Assembly: GCA_964012875.1 (NCBI GenBank) | Contig: CAXGUU010000002.1 | Coordinates: 1 to 32,486 of the forward strand | Length of the DNA: 32,486 nucleotides | Reading direction: 5' to 3' | From: an uncultured bacterium | Lineage (GTDB): Bacteria; Pseudomonadota; Gammaproteobacteria; Ga0077536 | Shown: piece by piece, positions 17,854-26,657 of the stretch | How positions within the stretch are numbered: the first letter of the stretch is position 1 | Layout of the letters: every line of letters starts with the position of its first letter | Made by a program: the position numbers and the translations under genes | Notes under the pieces: generated by a model | Told to the model about the DNA's origin: nothing | The model's input: only the letters and a program-made list of their open reading frames with translations | Databases searched by the model: none

Positions 17854-18014
17854 TTAACTACTCCTTCAAATCGAAATGTTTGCGCGAAGGTCGCGCGGGT
17901 AACCCGGCACAGGTCCGTCGTCGCTCCTAACGCCTGCCCAGGTTGGGTTGGAAGCTGCTGAACAAATCGTGCTGATGCCTTGTGGAAAGCAGACGCGCGA
18001 TTTACTCAGCAGTT

Positions 18015-18431
18015 TCATGAATTGTCTTTCCACCATTGCTGGTAGGCTTCATCCGGCGCAATCAATCTCGATTTCGCCGCACCTATCTGTTCCTTATTAT
18101 GGTCGAACACGGCGATTTCGAATTCGAGCATTTCGCCGCGTTTACGCGTGACCTCGAGCCTCACGCTGATTTCTTCGCCCGGCAGTACGGGCTTGCGAAA
18201 GCGCTCCGGGGTAAACGTGAGCCCGAGGCTGCCGTCACCTGGAAACTCGGAACCGAACATACCGGTAATCGAGATCTGGATAAGGCCGCCGGGTACGATG
18301 ATGTCGGACGCATCCGGGAAACGCAGGCGCGCGGCCTCGACGTTGTGATGAATCGCGTTGTAGTCCCCGCACAGCTCACAATAGTCGGCGACCTGCTGGT
18401 GCGTGAACACGAAACTCGCTTCATGCGTCAT
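18015..18431 (-). CDS. MaoC-like single-hotdog (R)-specific enoyl-CoA hydratase family protein
   Basis: FTHQQVADYCELCGDYNAIHHNVEAARLRFPDASDIIVPGGL is the MaoC/PhaJ hydratase motif. The start at 18431 gives 138 aa, the typical size; 18476 is the alternative. Confidence 0.75.
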   Translation of the reverse strand: MTHEASFVFTHQQVADYCELCGDYNAIHHNVEAARLRFPDASDIIVPGGLIQISITGMFGSEFPGDGSLGLTFTPERFRKPVLPGEEISVRLEVTRKRGEMLEFEIAVFDHNKEQIGAAKSRLIAPDEAYQQWWKDNS

Positions 18432-18590
18432 ACCGACGTCGAGCGACGCCGCGGTCAAACAATGCGTACGAGCCATATGGCCGGTCCCTGGTGTTATTCT
18501 GAGCCGATAGCGGCACCCCTCTGCCGCCGCGGCGCGCGTGATTCTATCGCGAAACGCCGATAAATCACGTTGGCGACCAGAGGGGCGATA

Positions 18591-19244
18591 ATGCCCGCAT
18601 CAGCCCCGCGTCCCAGCCATGGATCAAGCGCCATCGATTCCATTCTCGCCGCCATCGTGTTCAGCCTCAGCGCCGGCTTCAGCGCGGGCCTGTCACCGGG
18701 CCCGCTGTCAACCCTTGTTGTGAGCTTTGCCCTGCGGGGCGGCTTTGCTGCGGGCGCGCGGGTTGCGCTGGCGCCTCTGGTGACAGATGTCCCGATCATC
18801 GGCTTGTCCCTGGCAGTGGTGGTGACGGTATCCGATACCAATACAGCATTCATGGTGCTCGGTGGTATTGGCGGCACTTACCTGATCTACCTCGGATTCC
18901 TCACCTGGCGCTCGCGGGCACCGCTCACCGATGTCCCGGACAACCGGCAACAGGCGCTACGCGCCGGTGTCATCGTCAATTTCCTGAATCCGCACCCATG
19001 GCTGTTCTGGGTTACCGTCGGCGGACCGTACGTGATTGAGCAGCAGGATGAGCCCACCCTGCTCGTAATATTCCTCGGCGGCTTCTATCTGGCACTGCTG
19101 AGTTCGAAACTCGCGCTGGCCGGCGTCGTCGCCCGCACCGGCCGTTTACTCAGTAGCCCGCTGTACGGCGCTATCATGCGCGTACTCGGATTGATCCTGG
19201 TGGCGTTTGGCGTTCACCTGCTGGCTCGTGCCATCAACCCGTGA
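18591..19244 (+). CDS. LysE/RhtB family amino-acid/metabolite exporter
   Basis: About 6 hydrophobic helices and the N-terminal LSPGP motif. 217 aa from ATG 18591, with GAGGGG 7 nt upstream. The track ORF starts at TTG 18570. Confidence 0.8.
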   Translation: MPASAPRPSHGSSAIDSILAAIVFSLSAGFSAGLSPGPLSTLVVSFALRGGFAAGARVALAPLVTDVPIIGLSLAVVVTVSDTNTAFMVLGGIGGTYLIYLGFLTWRSRAPLTDVPDNRQQALRAGVIVNFLNPHPWLFWVTVGGPYVIEQQDEPTLLVIFLGGFYLALLSSKLALAGVVARTGRLLSSPLYGAIMRVLGLILVAFGVHLLARAINP

Positions 19245-19649
19245 TAGACGACGGTCTGAACCACTTCGGGCCGATCACGGAGCCTATAACGGGCTAAGAT
19301 ACCTGCGCGCGGGCTGAGTCTCCCGGCTTTTGCCCGGTAGCAACTGCACTGTCGAAACGCCACTATGACCGGGCGGTTGGGCTGACGTCCTCGTTAAAGA
19401 CGCCGCGGCCCCCGGTCAATCCGTCAAACCATCGAGCTCGAATGAACAACATTTATCTGCATCGGGCCATGGTCCCGATTATTCTGTTTTTACTGCTCTG
19501 GCCAATGTCGCGTGGCTCATCGATATCGCGTTCACCCCGGCGCTCTGTGCAGGTCTGTCGCGCGACGGCAGGCACGGGTCTGAAGACCGCTTGACACCAC
19601 AATGAACGAGAAGACATCGTGGCCACAGTAGCGTTACGGAACTGATTCC

Positions 19650-20531
19650 ATGTCGAACTTCAAACCTGCAATCCATGGGTTCACCAGCATTGCCCGTCGA
19701 TTCTGTGCCCGGCTGCTGCCACTCGTGTTGGCAGCGCTGTCAGCCCAGGCGACGGAACCATCGGCATTCGACGCGGAATACGCGGCAACGCTGATCTGGG
19801 AAGCGCGCCAACGCGGCGATTATTTTCCCGATCTCTATCGACTTAACCCCGATTTGAGCGAAGCCCGCCTGTATGAGGTTCAAGACGCCCTTGTACGTCG
19901 GCAACTCGCGGCCGGCGATCAAATCGCGGGATTCAAAGGCGGCTTCGTGCCGTCTGCGCCCGTCGGCGGCGTAATTGGTACGAGCGGACTGCTTAAGAAT
20001 CGCGCGTCCATCCGTCACGGCGAATTTCGCCTGCTGATCATTGAGGCCGAAATCGCCTTTCGATTCTGCCAGCCAGTGACCATACCGCTGCAGGATATCG
20101 CCGCGCTGAAGGAACACGTCTGTGCGGTGTTGCCGGCAATGGAAATCGCCGACGGTGCAATACGCGACTTCAGCGATGTCAGAAAGGACTTCACGCATTT
20201 GCGAAATGCACTGCTGGCGGTCAACGTCGCCGCTCGTCAAATCATGCTCGGCGAACCCACGGACGCAACGGCAGTCAACCTCGCCGAACTCCCCGTGTCG
20301 ATGCGCTCGCAGGACACGCCGCTCGGTGACAGAAACCTCGAGAACACGCCCGACCTATGGGCAAACGTGTTGTGGGTCGTGAATGACTATGTGCTGAAAC
20401 GCGGTTACATCATCGAACCGGGGCAGATCATCATTCCCGGGAACCTGACGGGCATACACGCGGTCACGACCGGTCACTATATCGGCGATTTCGGCGCACT
20501 CGGTCGAATCGAGCTGACCGTCACCCCTTAA
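19650..20531 (+). CDS. 2-keto-4-pentenoate hydratase / FAH-fold hydratase-decarboxylase-like protein with apparent signal peptide
   Basis: The layout resembles COG3971 hydratases: IAGFKGGF, IIEAEIAFRF, LPAMEIADGAI, IIIPGNLTG, GDFGALGRIELT. The N-terminus ARLLPLVLAALSAQATEP looks like a Sec signal. Confidence 0.55.
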   Translation: MSNFKPAIHGFTSIARRFCARLLPLVLAALSAQATEPSAFDAEYAATLIWEARQRGDYFPDLYRLNPDLSEARLYEVQDALVRRQLAAGDQIAGFKGGFVPSAPVGGVIGTSGLLKNRASIRHGEFRLLIIEAEIAFRFCQPVTIPLQDIAALKEHVCAVLPAMEIADGAIRDFSDVRKDFTHLRNALLAVNVAARQIMLGEPTDATAVNLAELPVSMRSQDTPLGDRNLENTPDLWANVLWVVNDYVLKRGYIIEPGQIIIPGNLTGIHAVTTGHYIGDFGALGRIELTVTP

Positions 20532-20534
20532 CGA

Positions 20535-20566
20535 AGCGCTGAACCGGTCATGACTGATTCAGCGCT
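20535..20566. terminator. Near-perfect 32-nt palindrome between convergent genes (possible bidirectional terminator or hairpin)
   Basis: AGCGCTGAACCGGTCA|TGACTGATTCAGCGCT. The outer 9 bp are perfect (20535-20543 / 20558-20566) and the inner half has 2 mismatches. There is no clear U-tract on either strand. Confidence 0.4.
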
Positions 20567-20579
20567 GCCCTGAATCAAT

Positions 20580-21461
20580 TCATCGTTTCAGACGCTGGGT
20601 CAGCTCCGCGACGCAATCCAGATCGTGTGCCGCACCATGCCCGTGACGTCCCCCGATAAAGTAATGGAGCTGTGAGTAGCCACGCTCAATGACCCGCCTG
20701 GCACCATCATAGTCGTCCGGCGCGTCGACCAGGGCCACGGTAAGTTCATCAAAATCCCGTCCCGCGTCTGCGCAAGCCACCTTGAGATCACTTACGGCAT
20801 CACCGTCATAGCTACCGTTGACGGTGATCCAGCCGTCGGCGTAACGCGCCACTCGCTTCGGCACCGACTTCGAATTCGACCCGATCCATACCGGCGGGCC
20901 CAGCGCACGATGGCAGGCAATACCCGGGCGGGAGCCGTCGAGGGCGACGAAATCACCGGCATAGGCAGGCAACTCGGCAGCCCAGATCTGTTTCATGGCT
21001 TCCACACGCTCGCGCACCACCTGCCATCGTTTAGCGAAAGGGCTGCCGAAGTCTTCCATCGACTCGCGGATGAACCCGCCGGCAACACCCAGCACAAGCC
21101 GACCGCCGGACAGATGATCGAGCGCAGCGGCCGCGTTTGCCGTCAACCAGGGATCGCGTTGTGTCATCAGGCACACGCCCGTGCCCAACGATATCTTTGC
21201 CGTCACGGCCGCACAGGCACCCAGACTCGCAAACGGGTCATGGAAGTGCGCGAGTCGTTCAATACCGTCGAACTGGCGAATCGTCCCCGGCCGCTCGAGC
21301 GGCACGTGGCTGTTTTCCGGCACGAAAAAGGCATCTATGTCGCGGGCTTCGGCCGCAGCCGCAAACTCATGTGGCAGTCCAGCCTCGTTATGGGCGAGCA
21401 AGCACACGCCAATAGCTATACCCGTCACCTGTTTAAGGACCAGTCCATGCGAGGAATTCAC
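20580..21461 (-). CDS. LLM class flavin/F420-dependent oxidoreductase
   Basis: 293-aa ORF with an LLM pattern: FFVPENSHVP, ISLGTGVCLMTQRDPWLTANAAAALDHLSGGRLVLGVAGG, DGWITV. GTG 21428 is a possible alternative start. Confidence 0.8.
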   Translation of the reverse strand: MNSSHGLVLKQVTGIAIGVCLLAHNEAGLPHEFAAAAEARDIDAFFVPENSHVPLERPGTIRQFDGIERLAHFHDPFASLGACAAVTAKISLGTGVCLMTQRDPWLTANAAAALDHLSGGRLVLGVAGGFIRESMEDFGSPFAKRWQVVRERVEAMKQIWAAELPAYAGDFVALDGSRPGIACHRALGPPVWIGSNSKSVPKRVARYADGWITVNGSYDGDAVSDLKVACADAGRDFDELTVALVDAPDDYDGARRVIERGYSQLHYFIGGRHGHGAAHDLDCVAELTQRLKR

Positions 21462-21673
21462 TCATGGCCCAAGTATTACGCAAACAACCCTCGGCAGTCT
21501 CTAAATCACGCCCACCTCATGGCCGCGATCGTCGCCCGAAACATGCGTTTAACACACCGATACCGCGGCGACACATGCTGGATACCTGCTCGCCCTAAGC
21601 CCTGTTCCAACGTTTGCAGAGGACGGTCGAACCGGCCCAACAAAGTTAAAACCAACCGCAGAAGGAAGACCTC

Positions 21674-21901
21674 ATGAAATCCATCGCTTCAGACAAATTT
21701 GCCGCCGTTTTCGTTGCTGTCCTTGCCATCGCTGCATCCGGCGTTTGCCCCAAGGTCCGGGCCATCCCGGTCTTCCCGCCGTCTGACGTGTCACAAACCG
21801 CGGCGTTCCGGGTGTCGACCGCCGGGGCGGCGACATTCAAATCACCAGGCTGGTGTCGCACAGCGGTGGCGCAGGCGACAACCACGGCGTCGCCGCAATA
21901 G
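21674..21901 (+). CDS. Hypothetical small secreted protein (75 aa, two Cys)
   Basis: AAGGAAG Shine-Dalgarno 8 nt upstream and a signal-like FAAVFVAVLAIAASG segment. No recognisable family. Confidence 0.35.
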   Translation: MKSIASDKFAAVFVAVLAIAASGVCPKVRAIPVFPPSDVSQTAAFRVSTAGAATFKSPGWCRTAVAQATTTASPQ

Positions 21902-22110
21902 ATAACTACGCCTGCTACCGGGATGCCAACGGGCTGCTGCCCGCAGCTACAGCATAGGGAGCCCGCATCATGCAGACCCTTTTCATTGCCCGATAGCGAC
22001 GCGAGGGAAACCGGAATCGTCCGCGGACACGGTGTAAAACATTCGTGACCCGACTTCTTGCGCTAACATGCGCTCACCCAATCGCCTACCCATTTGGTCC
22101 CCTTGTCCTG

Positions 22111-22848
22111 ATGTCCGACCCTGTTGTATTCACCGCTGCCGATGGAACCGAACTCAAGCTGTCAGACCTGTCCGATACCTCGGACCAGGCTTCCAGGAAC
22201 ACCACCAACATCAGCGAAGACGCAGTCACCGCGTTTAACTCGGGCGTTGACTGTGGCAAGAACAACGACCTTACCGGTGCCCAGAGGAATTTTGCGCGGG
22301 CGATCGAGCTTGAACCGCAGTGGCCCTATCCGCGTTACCAGCAGGCGTTCACCCACTTGCTGCAGGGCGATCATGCGGCCGCGCTCGCCAGTTACCGACT
22401 TGTCGACCAGCTCGAACCACGCGGGTTCTTCACCTCCAAAACCGCATTAAACACGCTCGAGCGGGAGCGGGATGGCGAATTCCCGGAGGGCCTTTACCTG
22501 TATTTCGTCAGTCACGAATGGCAGGAAGAGGACGACGATAAGCGGGAGGTACTGGAAGATATTCTCGAGCGCGCCAACAATTTTTCACCCGCCTACCAAA
22601 AGCTCGCGAATCTGACCGCCGATCACGATGCGCGCCTGGCGCTCATCGACACGGGCCTCAGTCATCAGCCCGATGTCGAAACGCTGGGTATGCTGTTGCT
22701 AAACAAGGCCGCGATTACCAACCTGAACGGCGATGAAGCGCTCGCGGTCAGGATCCTGGGTGAGCTTATCGTAGCCAACATCACCACCTCCAACGTCATC
22801 GCAATCGCCAAGGCGGCGCTCTTCAGCCTCGCCCAGTCAAAGCCATAA
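22111..22848 (+). CDS. Hypothetical protein with TPR-like repeat
   Basis: GAQRNFARAIELEPQWPYPRYQQAFTHLLQGDHAAALASYRLVDQLEP has TPR character. The start is uncertain: ATG 22111 versus GTG 22045. Confidence 0.5.
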   Translation: MSDPVVFTAADGTELKLSDLSDTSDQASRNTTNISEDAVTAFNSGVDCGKNNDLTGAQRNFARAIELEPQWPYPRYQQAFTHLLQGDHAAALASYRLVDQLEPRGFFTSKTALNTLERERDGEFPEGLYLYFVSHEWQEEDDDKREVLEDILERANNFSPAYQKLANLTADHDARLALIDTGLSHQPDVETLGMLLLNKAAITNLNGDEALAVRILGELIVANITTSNVIAIAKAALFSLAQSKP

Positions 22849-22910
22849 CGACCCCGTGGTCTCTGTGCCTTGCACCGGACGCTGGCGATTTCGGGAATCC
22901 GCCTGTCGAC

Positions 22911-23960
22911 TCAGCCGAGCGGTGGCGTTGGCCATGCGGCCGGCAACTTCGTCGCCATCCAGTGCGTCAGTGCATTGGCAACGTCAACCGGTTTTTCCTG
23001 CGCCATCCAATGGCCTGAATTGACGGTGCGCTCAGTTAAATCAATGCACTTTTCGCGCATGGGTTCAGGCAAACGGGAATCGACGCATTCACATACGTAG
23101 TCATAAGCCGCGACCAGAAACAACACCGGCATATCGATCCGCCCGCCGTTGACGACTGATTTGGCGTACTCCGCGTTACGTCTGTGGTTCATGTAAAACG
23201 AACAACTGCCACGAAAACCTGTGTGTTTCAGCGCGGTGACGTAGGCCGCCAGGTCCGCTTCGGAAATGACATCATCATCGCGAGGAAAATCGGGCGCCTC
23301 GTCAAGACCGCCGAACCACCCCCCTTCATTGCGTACACAGGCCGTGATCGCCGGCTTTCCGCGATCATCCGGACTCCACTTGCGAAACAGCGCCTTAATC
23401 GTCGTTTCCGGATTGTTATCGAACACTTCGACGGCGCGCTCAAAGTTTTCCTCGTAGAAGCGCTGGTACTCCCACTGTCCCGCAGGGTATTGCGCTTCCG
23501 GGTAGATTGAACGATCGACCAGCTCAATGGCACTGTCGATCCCCTGATCGAGCACAGCATAAGGGACACATAAATTAGCGACACCAAAACAGCGCTCAGG
23601 ATGATGGCTCGCCACGCTCCAGATTACCGGCGCACCCCAGTCATGACCGACCCAGACCGCGCGTTCGTGCCCCAGATGATCGAGCAGATTGATCAGATCG
23701 CCAACGTGCTTTTCCATGCGGTAATCAGCCTGCTCCGGATAAACACTGGAGCGGCCGTGGCCACGCAGGTCGGGCGCGATTGCATGGAAGCCGAGGCCGC
23801 CGAGTACCGGCAACAAATGGCGCCAGCTATGTCCCAGTTCAGGCCAGCCGTGGGCAAAGATGATGGGCGTACCATCTTCCGGGCCGGCGGCGTGGAAAAA
23901 CATGCTATGGCCGGCGAGGTCGACCGTGTGATCGCTAACTGTCCGATGTGTAGTGGGCAC
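22911..23960 (-). CDS. Alpha/beta hydrolase, epoxide hydrolase-type
   Basis: HGWPE oxyanion motif (HGXP), DLRGHGRS, and the nucleophile elbow VGHDWGAPV with Asp. GTG start with GGAGGAG 7-8 nt upstream, 2 nt after the upstream SDR stop. Confidence 0.85.
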   Translation of the reverse strand: MPTTHRTVSDHTVDLAGHSMFFHAAGPEDGTPIIFAHGWPELGHSWRHLLPVLGGLGFHAIAPDLRGHGRSSVYPEQADYRMEKHVGDLINLLDHLGHERAVWVGHDWGAPVIWSVASHHPERCFGVANLCVPYAVLDQGIDSAIELVDRSIYPEAQYPAGQWEYQRFYEENFERAVEVFDNNPETTIKALFRKWSPDDRGKPAITACVRNEGGWFGGLDEAPDFPRDDDVISEADLAAYVTALKHTGFRGSCSFYMNHRRNAEYAKSVVNGGRIDMPVLFLVAAYDYVCECVDSRLPEPMREKCIDLTERTVNSGHWMAQEKPVDVANALTHWMATKLPAAWPTPPLG

Positions 23961-23962
23961 TA

Positions 23963-24748
23963 TTATGCTCCTCCGCGCTCGGCTTTATCGTCATATTTCT
24001 GCTTGAGTCGTCGCATACCGCCGAGCCAGCGATTGTAATCGTTGGTCTTGCGCCGCATGTAGGTCTCGACTTCGGGATGCGGTAACATCAAAAACGTTTC
24101 GCGCTCCATACCCTCGATCACGCAATCGGCCAGTTGCTGTGGCTCAATCATGCCGTCGACACTGGCTACCGTCCCATCGCGCCCGACTGTCATTGCCGTA
24201 CGCACCGATTGCGGACACAAGACTGAAACACGCACACCTTGTGGGCCGTAAGTGATCGAGAGATATTCGGCAAACCCGATGGCCGCATGCTTCGTTGTCG
24301 AGTAGGTGGCGGAATTGATGTGTGATAAAAGCCCCGCCGCCGAGGAGGTGTTGATCAGATAACCTTCGCCCCGGGCCGCCATCTTTTTAACCACCGCGCG
24401 CGCGGCATAGACGTGTGCGAGCACGTGAACCTCCCAGTTCAGCAGCCAGTCAGCGTCTGATGACGACTCATCGCCGGCACGAAACACCCCGGCATTCGAC
24501 ATGAAGACATCAACCGCACCATGGCGGCTTTCGCTGTACTCAACCAACCGCTGGATTGCTGATTCGTCGCCGACATCAGCAACAAAAGCGTCCGCACCAA
24601 TCTCGTCGGCGGTCGCGCGCAGCGTCTCGGCTTGCAGATCCGCAATGACCACCGCCTGCGCCCCATCAGTCACAAATCGCTCGGCGACGGCGCGACCTAT
24701 GCCACTCGCGCCGCCCGTTACGATAGCCACCCGGTTCTTAATGTTCAT
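23963..24748 (-). CDS. Short-chain dehydrogenase/reductase (classical SDR)
   Basis: VAIVTGGASGIGRAVA, SNAGVF and YSTTKHA (YxxxK). The start at ATG 24748 (MNIKNRVAIVTGG) gives 261 aa; the track ORF extension to 24892 is unlikely. Confidence 0.9.
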   Translation of the reverse strand: MNIKNRVAIVTGGASGIGRAVAERFVTDGAQAVVIADLQAETLRATADEIGADAFVADVGDESAIQRLVEYSESRHGAVDVFMSNAGVFRAGDESSSDADWLLNWEVHVLAHVYAARAVVKKMAARGEGYLINTSSAAGLLSHINSATYSTTKHAAIGFAEYLSITYGPQGVRVSVLCPQSVRTAMTVGRDGTVASVDGMIEPQQLADCVIEGMERETFLMLPHPEVETYMRRKTNDYNRWLGGMRRLKQKYDDKAERGGA

Positions 24749-24794
24749 GTGCACCAGTATGCCACGCCACCGCGCTAGTGAACTCATCGATCCG

Positions 24795-25079
24795 CTTACC
24801 GGACGCCCATGGCAATTGCCACATGACGTTTTGACCGAAGGCGTTGCACGCACCAGCGCACGACCCGACGGGCGTGCGTTTCTGACATTCACGCCGCTGG
24901 CTGGTTACAGCGATGTCGTGAAAATTTTTTTAGGTGAAGAGCATCCCGACCGCGCACTGGTCAGAATGACAAACGATGACGTTGATCACATCAGCGAGGT
25001 CGATAAACAAAAACTGCGGGACGCTTACCCCGAGCATGAAAGACAGGCGCCAGCAGGCGCACATGCACTTCAGTTCACG
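24795..25079 (+). pseudogene. Remnant of a phage/GTA-type terminase large subunit gene (about 95 codons, no start, degenerate 3' end)
   Basis: The intergenic reading frame gives HDVLTEGVARTSARPDGRAFLTFTPLAGYSDVVKIFLGEEHPDRALVRMTNDDVDHISEVDKQKLRDAYPEHER. From memory this resembles the nuclease-domain region of COG5565/Terminase_6-type large terminases (TFTPLxGxSxVV ... D.A.H.S.E ... YPxHER). Identification is from memory only. Confidence 0.35.
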
Positions 25080-25186
25080 ATGATTCGCCGACGGCGATAC
25101 CGTAGAATTTCAGACCGACAGGCCATCGGCGAGCTCTGCGAGCCAATGCGGCTGACGACCATTGGTACGACCTGCGGAGATCTCAG

Positions 25187-25609
25187 ATGTCATTTCTTGC
25201 CGACTCGGCACTACAGGAAAAGCTGGTCAATGCCCTGAATCAAAACGAATCGTTCGGCACCCAGGCCGCGGTATTCGACGGCTCCATTCAGATTGAAGTC
25301 GATGAAGATTGCCTGTGGCTGAAAGTCTATAAAGGCAAGGTTATCGATCATCAGGCTGGTCCCTCTCCGTTCGGCTATACCTTCAAACTGGCCGGCAGTG
25401 AGCAGTCCTGGAACTACCTTCTGAGCGGCGCGCGTAAATGGGCCGACCTGACCTTTCCGGGGAAGCGCTACTTCGACGACGACCCCACGTTGTCGCGGGT
25501 CGGCGAACTCGCAACCGAAATCAGCGTCGAAGGCAATCTGGTGGAGGCGGGCCGCCTGACCGAGGCGACTTTTGAACTGGCCTACACGCTGAAATCCGTC
25601 GCTGTCTGA
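25187..25609 (+). CDS. SCP2-like / small alpha-beta fold hypothetical protein
   Basis: 140-aa ORF with GGAG 9 nt upstream. The pattern (FDGSIQIEVDEDCLWLKVYKGKV..., later GNLVEAGRLTEATFEL) loosely resembles SCP2 sterol-carrier-like domains. It lies 34 nt upstream of the hydrolase gene. Confidence 0.45.
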   Translation: MSFLADSALQEKLVNALNQNESFGTQAAVFDGSIQIEVDEDCLWLKVYKGKVIDHQAGPSPFGYTFKLAGSEQSWNYLLSGARKWADLTFPGKRYFDDDPTLSRVGELATEISVEGNLVEAGRLTEATFELAYTLKSVAV

Positions 25610-25643
25610 AGTCAGCTATCCAGTAAGAAGGGAGAACACCAGC

Positions 25644-26483
25644 ATGGCTACGCCTGAAGATATTCGCGGCAACTATGTCAACGTCAATGGCACGCGTACG
25701 TTCTACGATGACATCGGCGAGGGCCGGCCTCTCGTGTGCATCCACACCGCGGGCGCGAGTTCACTGGAATATCGCTACATTCTGCCACTCTACGCCGAAA
25801 TGGGCTTTCATGCCTACGCCCTCGATCTGCCCGGACATTCGCGCTCCTATCCGGTGAACTGGAAACAACACCGGAGCATTCACGAACACGCCGAGTTTGT
25901 TCATGCCTTCGTCAAAACGCTCGGGCTGAGCAAGCCCATCATCAGCGGCTGTTCGATTGGTGGCGATGTCACCTTCGACTATGCAGTCAATCACTGGCAC
26001 GAAATGGCAGCTGGCATCCCGATGGAGGGTGCGGGCCGCTCACCCACTTTTCCGAAGCCAAGCCACCTCGTTCATCCCGCCTGGGGGCCGGGCTGGCAGG
26101 ACATGATGGAGCGGGCGGCGATTGAATCACTGGGACGTGAAACAAGCGACGAACTGGTACAGGAATTGCGTTGGCAGCATCGCAACGCCCAGGTGAGCGC
26201 AGTCGGCGACCTCGAGGGCTGGTCGCAACATGACGTGCTGGCGCGCTTGCCGGAAATCAAGATACCGATGCTCGTCATTCGTGGTGAGGACGACTTCTGG
26301 GTCCCGAAGGAACTAGTCGATGAATCAGTGGCGGCAATGCCCCAGGCTGAAGGTCTGCATCTCGACGGTATTGGCCACTATCCAATGTTCGAAGATGCGC
26401 CACGCATCGCCGACATCGTGCAGGATTTCTGTCAGCGGCACGGGCTTCTGAACACAGCGACCGCCGCGAAAAGCGCCGGCTGA
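25644..26483 (+). CDS. Alpha/beta hydrolase (serine esterase/lipase/C-C hydrolase type)
   Basis: VCIHTAGAS, ALDLPGHSRS, the nucleophile elbow ISGCSIGGDV (GxSxG) and a C-terminal GHYPMFE histidine motif. AAGGGAGAA Shine-Dalgarno upstream. Confidence 0.85.
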   Translation: MATPEDIRGNYVNVNGTRTFYDDIGEGRPLVCIHTAGASSLEYRYILPLYAEMGFHAYALDLPGHSRSYPVNWKQHRSIHEHAEFVHAFVKTLGLSKPIISGCSIGGDVTFDYAVNHWHEMAAGIPMEGAGRSPTFPKPSHLVHPAWGPGWQDMMERAAIESLGRETSDELVQELRWQHRNAQVSAVGDLEGWSQHDVLARLPEIKIPMLVIRGEDDFWVPKELVDESVAAMPQAEGLHLDGIGHYPMFEDAPRIADIVQDFCQRHGLLNTATAAKSAG

Positions 26484-26657
26484 CCGTCGTCTTGCTTACC
26501 CGCCTCGACTAGGTCTTAAACGCAGGACGGATAGCTGATATTACGAAAGCGCAGTACAGCGAAATAAACCTGCGCACGTTGGATCGAGTCATCGCAGACT
26601 CGCCCGTCGTGCGGGCGAATACGGTCACGCGCCAAATTTCGCGCGGAACGCTCATGT

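Noticed and set aside
26600-26618. 7-bp GC hairpin (TCGCCCG-tcgtg-CGGGCGA) downstream of the VOC gene as a terminator
   Set aside because: There is no U-tract on either strand. It may still be a weak structure, but I cannot support calling it a Rho-independent terminator.
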